Below are positions 58,128-64,000 of a stretch of 64,000 nucleotides of DNA, piece by piece; positions within the stretch are counted from its first letter, which is position 1; the number at the start of each line of letters is the position of its first letter. Both the position numbers and the translations under genes were made by a program. The stretch comes from an uncultured Pelagibacteraceae bacterium (lineage in GTDB: Bacteria > Pseudomonadota > Alphaproteobacteria > Pelagibacterales > Pelagibacteraceae), in assembly GCA_902583685.1 (NCBI GenBank), contig CACHWO010000001.1, forward strand, positions 4,833-68,832. Direction: 5' to 3'. Below the pieces are notes generated by a model, which did no database searches, was not told the DNA's origin, and worked only from the letters and a program-made list of their open reading frames with translations.

Positions 58128-58712
58128 ATGGTAAAAAATCTTTTTAGCTTGTATTTCAAACTCGCTTTTTTTATGGCCTTGATGGTCACAATTTCTAACT
58201 ATTTGGTACAATATCCAGTAAATTATTTTGGTCTAAGTGAAGTTTTGACATATGGAGCATTTAGTTATCCAGTTACGTTTTTAATAACAGATTTGGCAAA
58301 CAGAAGTTATGGGAAACAAGTAGCAAGGAAAATTGTTTATTTAGGTTTTTTTTTAGGAATAGCTCTAACATTATTTTTTTCTACAAATTTTGAAGACCTA
58401 ATTTCAATAAGAATAGCTATAGGATCAGGAACAGCTTTTTTATTTGCTCAACTTATTGATGTACAAGTATTTGATAAATTAAGGGAGAAAATATGGTTTG
58501 TAGCACCATTTATATCTTCTTTATTTGGATCTTTTTTTGATACTTTAATATTTTTTTTCATAGCCTTTTTTAAAACCGGGGTACCTTGGATAACTCTTGC
58601 TCTCGGTGATTTTTCAGTAAAAATGTTAATTGCTTTAATAATGTTAATACCATTTAGACTTTTATTAAAAAGGATAAAGGTAAATGCTAACAAAAGTTAT
58701 AAGACCACATAA
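58128..58712 (+). CDS. queuosine-precursor transporter family (YhhQ/Vut_1) membrane protein
   Basis: 194 aa ORF with YPVTFLITDLANRSYGKQVARK and a Q.IDV..F pattern typical of the YhhQ family. Confidence 0.6.
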   Translation: MVKNLFSLYFKLAFFMALMVTISNYLVQYPVNYFGLSEVLTYGAFSYPVTFLITDLANRSYGKQVARKIVYLGFFLGIALTLFFSTNFEDLISIRIAIGSGTAFLFAQLIDVQVFDKLREKIWFVAPFISSLFGSFFDTLIFFFIAFFKTGVPWITLALGDFSVKMLIALIMLIPFRLLLKRIKVNANKSYKTT

Positions 58713-58718
58713 TTTTTT

Positions 58719-60530
58719 TCAATGAAAAATTTTGTCTTCCGAAAAAAGATCACTCAACTGGTTTATCATAACGTCTCCTAAATCCTGTACATCAGTAATT
58801 TTCACTGCTCTGTTATAATACCTCGTTACGTCATGACCTATACCAATTGCAACAAGCTCAACATCAGAAAAATTTTCAATAGATTTTACTGTATTCTTTA
58901 AATCATTTTCTAAATAATCACTTGAATTAGAAGATAGGGTCGAGTCATCGACTGGAGCACCATCAGATATTACCATCAATATTTTTCTATCTTCTTTTCT
59001 TTTTTTTATTTTACTAAAGGCCCACCTTAAAGCTTCTCCATCAATGTTTTCTTTCAACAGACCTTCTTTGAGCATTAGTCCCATATTTTTTTTTATTTGT
59101 CGCCACGGCACATCTGCTGATTTATAAATTATATGTCTTAAGTCATTAAGCCTTCCGGGATTTTTTGGTTTGCCATCACTTGCCCATTTTTCTCTTGAGG
59201 ATCCACCCTTCCAATGTTTAGTAGTAAATCCAAGTATTTCAACTTTGACAGAACATTTTTCTAAGGTTCTGGACAAAATATCTGCACATATCGCCGCTAC
59301 AGTAATTGGCTTTCCTCTCATAGATCCAGAATTATCAATTAATATAGTCACCAAAGTATCTTTAAAATCTATTTGTTTTTCTTTTTTAAAAGATAAAGAA
59401 TTAAATGGATCAATTATTACTCTTGTCAATTTCGACGAATCTAATGTTCCTTCCTCTAAATCAAATTCCCATGATCTGTTTTGTTTTGCTAAAAGTTTTC
59501 TTTGTAGTTTGTTGGCTAATTTAGAAATAAAACTTTTAAGCTGTAAAAGCTGTTGATCTAAAGATACTCTTAGTTTAGTGAGTTCTTCAGTTGTCTCTAA
59601 ATCCTCAGCTTTACTATATTCATCAAATTTATTTGTGTAAACGCCGTATCTCTGGTTATTTTTACCAAAAATTTTTGCAAATTGTTTTTTATGAACACCA
59701 CTCTCTTCCTCTATTTCTTCAAAATCTATTTCCTCATTAATTTTTTTACTTAAATCATTAATTTCTGGCATATCAGCTGATGAAGCAAGCTCTTGATCTT
59801 TTTTTTCTTTATCAGATCTACCCTCTTTTTTTTCATTATCTTGTTTTTTTTCTAGATTCTCGTACCTTTCCTTTTCGGAAGAATCTTCAGAATTATTTTT
59901 TTGTTCCTCTAAATTTATGTTTGATATAATTTTTGATATTACTTTATTGAAAACTTGTTGATTCTTTAAGTTTTTTTTTAATAAGATAAGATCATTTTTA
60001 AAACTTTTATCCCATTCTTTTTTAACTCTTTTAAAGCTTGGATGAATTTTATCATTTTCAATTTTAAAAAAAAAATTCCGTAAATAACTATTAAACTTTT
60101 CAACAATCAAATCTTCTTTTTTAATATTATCTTTATCTTTTTTTGTATCAAATTTTTTATTTAAATCATTAAATGCAATTGAAATATTTTTTTCTACACC
60201 TAGGAACTCCTCACTCCCTATTTTTTCATATCTAATTTTTTCTGCTATTTTATATAGTTTTTCAGCAGTTTCTCCTTTAGGTTTGTTTAAATCCAACAAT
60301 TTTTGGTCACTATATTTGAGTCTCAAAGCTTCTGAGTCTGCCAACGCACGAATATTCACTAAATGATTTAAATTTTTTATTTTTTTTATTTCAGGTAAAT
60401 TTATATTTGTCTTTGAAGAAAGATTATTATTTCCAAATTTAATTTCACAATTTTTTTTTTGTGAAATTGATTTTATAGTTGAAACCAGAGCGCGCTTGAA
60501 CTCTTCTAAAAAGTTTTCCTCTCTTTTCAT
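58719..60530 (-). CDS. cobT: CobT-like vWA-domain protein
   Basis: 603 aa ORF with a CobT-like N-terminal region, a central Lys/Glu-rich low-complexity segment and a C-terminal vWA domain with MIDAS DNSGSM. Confidence 0.75.
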   Translation of the reverse strand: MKREENFLEEFKRALVSTIKSISQKKNCEIKFGNNNLSSKTNINLPEIKKIKNLNHLVNIRALADSEALRLKYSDQKLLDLNKPKGETAEKLYKIAEKIRYEKIGSEEFLGVEKNISIAFNDLNKKFDTKKDKDNIKKEDLIVEKFNSYLRNFFFKIENDKIHPSFKRVKKEWDKSFKNDLILLKKNLKNQQVFNKVISKIISNINLEEQKNNSEDSSEKERYENLEKKQDNEKKEGRSDKEKKDQELASSADMPEINDLSKKINEEIDFEEIEEESGVHKKQFAKIFGKNNQRYGVYTNKFDEYSKAEDLETTEELTKLRVSLDQQLLQLKSFISKLANKLQRKLLAKQNRSWEFDLEEGTLDSSKLTRVIIDPFNSLSFKKEKQIDFKDTLVTILIDNSGSMRGKPITVAAICADILSRTLEKCSVKVEILGFTTKHWKGGSSREKWASDGKPKNPGRLNDLRHIIYKSADVPWRQIKKNMGLMLKEGLLKENIDGEALRWAFSKIKKRKEDRKILMVISDGAPVDDSTLSSNSSDYLENDLKNTVKSIENFSDVELVAIGIGHDVTRYYNRAVKITDVQDLGDVMINQLSDLFSEDKIFH

Positions 60531-60538
60531 TTTTTAAA

Positions 60539-61519
60539 TTAGGTGATTTTTACATTTACTGATGACTCTGGAAGCTCTTCACCAAAACATCTTTGATAAT
60601 ATTCTGCTATAATTTTTTTTTCTATATCATCGCATTTATTTAGAAATGTAACTCTAAAAGCAAATCCTACATCCCTAAATATTTCTGAATTCTCAGCCCA
60701 ATGAATAACTGTTCTAGGACTCATCACAGTTGAAATATCTCCGTTGATAAAACCATTCCTTGTAAGATCTGCTACTTTTATCATATTTGATATTTTTTCT
60801 TTTCCTTCTTTATTGTTTAATTTTTTGTTTTTAGCTATTACAATTTCTAACTCTTTTTCAAATTTTAAATAATTTAATGTTGCAACAATATTCCACCTAT
60901 CCATTTGTCCTTGATTTATTTGTTGAGTACCATGATAAAGTCCTGTTGTATCTCCTAGGCCAATTGTATTTGTTGTTGCAAACATTCTAAAAAATTTATT
61001 TTGCTCAAGAACTTTATTTTTATCCAATAACGTAAATTTTCCATCGCTTTCTAAAACCCTTTGAATTACAAACATCACATCTGGTCTACCTGCATCATAT
61101 TCATCAAAAACTAAAGCAATAGGATTTTGAATTGACCATGGTAAAATTCCTTCTTTAAATTCTGTTACTTGCTTTCCTTCTTTTATAACTATTGAATCTT
61201 TTCCAATTAAATCTATTCTACTAATATGACTATCAAGATTAATTCTTATACAGGGCCAATTTAATCTTGCTGCAACTTGTTCTATGTGAGTAGACTTACC
61301 AGTACCGTGATAACCTTGAACGAGAACTCTTTTATTGAAAGCGAAACCAGATAAAACTGCAAGAGTTGTATCTTTATCAAATTTATAATCAGGATCTATT
61401 TTGGGAACATGTTGATTTTTATTTGAAAATGCGTCAACTTCCATTTCCGTATCAATACCAAATGTTTGTCTTACTGATATTTTCATGTCAGGTTTAGTAT
61501 TTTCTAAATTTGGGTTCAT
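60539..61519 (-). CDS. cobS: CobS-like MoxR-type AAA+ ATPase
   Basis: 326 aa ORF with Walker [10 protein letters not shown] and Walker B LVFDEYD. It sits immediately upstream of the cobT-like gene. Confidence 0.8.
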   Translation of the reverse strand: MNPNLENTKPDMKISVRQTFGIDTEMEVDAFSNKNQHVPKIDPDYKFDKDTTLAVLSGFAFNKRVLVQGYHGTGKSTHIEQVAARLNWPCIRINLDSHISRIDLIGKDSIVIKEGKQVTEFKEGILPWSIQNPIALVFDEYDAGRPDVMFVIQRVLESDGKFTLLDKNKVLEQNKFFRMFATTNTIGLGDTTGLYHGTQQINQGQMDRWNIVATLNYLKFEKELEIVIAKNKKLNNKEGKEKISNMIKVADLTRNGFINGDISTVMSPRTVIHWAENSEIFRDVGFAFRVTFLNKCDDIEKKIIAEYYQRCFGEELPESSVNVKIT

Positions 61520-62034
61520 TTGGTTTTTTCCATATTAATTCTTAATTGACTATAAGCTAAAGTTATCTTTTTTAATAAATCTTCGTATTTCTTATTGCCA
61601 TGATTTTTATCAGGATGGTATTTCTTTACAAGTGTTTTAAATTTTTTTTGAATATCTGGCCATTTTGTATCATTCTTAAGCCCCAAAACCTCTAAAGCTT
61701 GTTTATCTTTTTCAGATAACTTAGATTTTTTAAAAATTTTATATGAATAGCTATCAAAAAAATTGGTCTTATCATCTAGTGTGTTTCTCCATAGAATTTT
61801 AAAAAAATTCTCAGATGAGCCAAAACTTTTAGTTGGTTTGTGCCAAGTCAAATCAGATTTAATAAAATATTCAATTTCGGTTTCGCTCATATTTGAAAAG
61901 TAATTCCAATTTTTATTAAACTCTTTTATGTGTGTGAGACACAATAATCTAAATTTTTTGCTATTATCTCTTTCTACCGGTGCTTTATAAAGCCCTATTT
62001 CTTTACATTTATCCCAATCACAAATATTTTTCAT
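61516..62034 (-). CDS. J-domain protein with N-terminal Cys/His-rich region
   Basis: 172 aa ORF with a C-terminal J domain ([10 protein letters not shown]) and an N-terminal C..W..C...C..H pattern. It overlaps the cobS-like start by 4 nt. Confidence 0.7.
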   Translation of the reverse strand: MKNICDWDKCKEIGLYKAPVERDNSKKFRLLCLTHIKEFNKNWNYFSNMSETEIEYFIKSDLTWHKPTKSFGSSENFFKILWRNTLDDKTNFFDSYSYKIFKKSKLSEKDKQALEVLGLKNDTKWPDIQKKFKTLVKKYHPDKNHGNKKYEDLLKKITLAYSQLRINMEKTK

Positions 62035-62068
62035 ATAAACAAACTATTATATAATAGTATTTAATTTT

Positions 62069-62323
62069 ATGGAAAATTTTTTTGAAAGTATAAAGAAAAA
62101 GATTAAAAAAAATATTCAGGATAGTAAAATTGAAATTATAGATAATACTGATAAACACGTAAATCACAAAAGCTTTCAAAAGAATAAGTTACATTTATCA
62201 TTAATAATTGTTTCTAATGAACTTAAGGTTTTAAATAAAATTGACGCACATAAAAAAATTATGGGTATTTTATCAGAGGAACTAAAAAGTAAAATTCATG
62301 CTTTAGAAATAAAAATTAAATAA
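62069..62323 (+). CDS. bolA: BolA family protein
   Basis: 84 aa ORF with ...H.NHK....HL.L.IVS..F......AHK.I...L, the BolA fold signature. Confidence 0.65.
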   Translation: MENFFESIKKKIKKNIQDSKIEIIDNTDKHVNHKSFQKNKLHLSLIIVSNELKVLNKIDAHKKIMGILSEELKSKIHALEIKIK

Positions 62324-63443
62324 CTTTTCTAATTAAGCTATTAATTTTTTTAGTACTCATCTTTATTGTACCTGGTTTTGTAGTTTTTCCTATATTCTTT
62401 AATAATATAAGACTTATTTTTGAGTCTGTATTTTTTTTATCCTGTCTCATGTATCCAGTAATTTTATTTATTTTGTTATTTAATGAATATTTTTTTAAGC
62501 TACTAGGTAAATTATTTTTTTTGTACAAATTTTCAATTTTGTTTAATGTTGATGAGGAACATAATTTTTTCAATTTCGATATTTTAGTTGCTAAAAACAT
62601 ACCTACAAGAACAGCCTCTCCATGATTAATTTTATTTGAGAAATTTGTTGTTGCTTCAATTCCATGGGCAAAAGTATGTCCAAAGTTTAATATTGCTCTT
62701 TTACCTTTTTCTTTCTCATCATCTATTACAAAAGAAATTTTAATTTTGCAACTTTTAGATATAGCAAAATTTATAGCTGAAGGATCTTTATCAATAATAA
62801 TTTTTTTAATATTCTTTTCTATCCAGAAAAAAAATTTTTTATCAAATATTAATGAATGTTTAAGTATTTCTGCAAAACCACAAATAATTTCTCTTTCAGG
62901 TAAACTTTTTAAAAAATCAGTATCACTTAAAACAAGTTTAGGTTGATAAAAAGTACCAATAAGATTTTTTCCTTCTCTAGAATTAATTCCAGTTTTGCCC
63001 CCAACAGATGCATCTACTTGAGATAGTAATGTAGAAGGCAAATTAATAAAATTAATTCCTCTTTTTAAGATACTCGCAACAAAGCCGGTAAAATCACCTA
63101 TAACTCCTCCACCTACTGCAATTATCGTATCATTTCTATTAAAATTTTTTTTAAGCAAATCTTCATTTAATCTGTACACGTTCTTAAATGATTTTAATTT
63201 CTCACTAACTTCGAACTGATAGATATATAATTTATAATTTGCTAATTGATTTTTAATTTTATTTTTTAATTTTAATGGAATTTTCCTATCAAAAATAATA
63301 GCAATTTTTTTTGTATTTGGGCAAATAGTATAAATTTGTTTTTTTAAAAGTTTTATTGCTCCAGATCCAATTAATATTGCATAGTCTGCAGAATTATTTT
63401 TAAATTTAATTTTTGATATTTTCATAGATATTTTCAATTTCAC
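62316..63443 (-). CDS. aroB: 3-dehydroquinate synthase
   Basis: 375 aa ORF with GGGVIGDFTGF and LPSTLLSQVDASVGGKTGIN. The start may be the internal Met at 63425. It overlaps the aroK 3' end. Confidence 0.85.
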   Translation of the reverse strand: MKLKISMKISKIKFKNNSADYAILIGSGAIKLLKKQIYTICPNTKKIAIIFDRKIPLKLKNKIKNQLANYKLYIYQFEVSEKLKSFKNVYRLNEDLLKKNFNRNDTIIAVGGGVIGDFTGFVASILKRGINFINLPSTLLSQVDASVGGKTGINSREGKNLIGTFYQPKLVLSDTDFLKSLPEREIICGFAEILKHSLIFDKKFFFWIEKNIKKIIIDKDPSAINFAISKSCKIKISFVIDDEKEKGKRAILNFGHTFAHGIEATTNFSNKINHGEAVLVGMFLATKISKLKKLCSSSTLNKIENLYKKNNLPSSLKKYSLNNKINKITGYMRQDKKNTDSKISLILLKNIGKTTKPGTIKMSTKKINSLIRKVI

Positions 63444-63921
63444 TAATTATAATTTCTTTAGTTTTAGACGAACAATCTATTTTATAATTTGCTAATGAAT
63501 ATATTTTTTTTCTTCTTAAGTATATATCATCAACCTCCTCAATTGTCTTAACATTAGATAATAAGGGTCTATCTTTGTTAGATTTAATTCTGTCAAAAAT
63601 TTTTTTAGGAGAGAGGTCAAGCCAAATGGTAAAACATGTATTTTTCATTTTGTTCCTGACGGTTTCATTCATAAAAGTGCCTCCTCCAAAAGCTATAATT
63701 TTACCAGTATCTTGAATTATCTTTAAACACTCAATCTCTTCAATTTTTCTAAAATAATCCTCACCTTTAAAACTAAAAATGTCTTTAATTGATAATGATT
63801 CCTTGTTTTTAATTTTCTCGTCCAAGTCCTCAAATGGCAAATTCAGTTTTTTGGATAAAAGTCTACCTATAGTGGATTTCCCCACAGCCATCATTCCAAT
63901 CAAAACAAGGTTTTTTTTCAA
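63406..63921 (-). CDS. aroK: shikimate kinase
   Basis: 171 aa ORF with the P-loop GMMAVGKST and GGG motifs. It shows the aroK-aroB operon order. Confidence 0.85.
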   Translation of the reverse strand: MKKNLVLIGMMAVGKSTIGRLLSKKLNLPFEDLDEKIKNKESLSIKDIFSFKGEDYFRKIEEIECLKIIQDTGKIIAFGGGTFMNETVRNKMKNTCFTIWLDLSPKKIFDRIKSNKDRPLLSNVKTIEEVDDIYLRRKKIYSLANYKIDCSSKTKEIIISEIENIYENIKN

Positions 63922-64000
63922 TTTATGCCAAAAATTTTAATTTGATTAATCACAAATTTGTCTTAATTTCTGAGTTTAAATATATTTTTCAACTATGCAA

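Noticed and set aside
58719-61519. Taking cobS/cobT as evidence for cobalamin biosynthesis
   Set aside because: No cobN or other corrin-pathway genes are in the window. This AAA+/vWA pair is known to persist in alphaproteobacteria that lack the pathway, so the name is kept only as a family label.
1-64000. Search for CRISPR arrays, rRNA genes, integrases, transposases, IS elements, prophage genes and toxin-antitoxin pairs
   Set aside because: I saw no repeat-spacer arrays, no rRNA-like conserved stretches, and no ORF with integrase, transposase, phage structural or toxin-antitoxin motifs. The only mobile-DNA signature is the duplicated tRNA-Ser sequence.

Overview
The window is a very AT-rich, extremely compact bacterial chromosome segment. 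Many intergenic spacers are 0-10 bp, ATGA or TAATG stop/start overlaps are frequent, and two tRNAs abut coding sequences. Gene content and synteny are alphaproteobacterial and most consistent with a SAR11 / Candidatus Pelagibacter-like genome, for example class I LysRS, a cobS/cobT-like pair with J-domain and bolA genes, and a Suv3-like helicase-terB-fdxA-carD block; this assignment is inference and no search was run.

About 90 percent of the window is core housekeeping:
- amino-acid biosynthesis: metX, hisC, tyrA, lysA, argH, gltDB, aroKB
- pyruvate dehydrogenase E1/E2 and a thiolase
- the thrS-infC-rpmI-rplT-pheST-lepA translation block, plus lysK, pyrD, rpmB
- a TAXI-type TRAP transporter, trkH, ampG

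There are three intact tRNAs: Leu-CAA, Arg-ACG and Ser-GGA. I found no rRNA, CRISPR array, integrase or transposase.

The clearly accessory part is roughly 45.5-50.3 kb. It holds a 2 kb, visibly higher-GC two-gene islet (SAM methyltransferase plus PhyH-type Fe/2OG dioxygenase). The islet is bracketed by tRNA-Ser(GGA) and a 90-nt degenerate direct copy of that tRNA. An autotransporter-like outer membrane protein and a sulfotransferase-like orphan follow it.

Other items worth a second look:
- an AceE-type E1 carrying an N-terminal lipoyl domain
- a stand-alone 20-codon polybasic micro-ORF with its own SD and terminator
- a CarD homolog with a polybasic N-terminal tail
- a SAM-II-like pseudoknot plus terminator in the metX leader
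- unannotated small ORFs translationally coupled to argH and to the thiolase
- a triple direct repeat upstream of aceE
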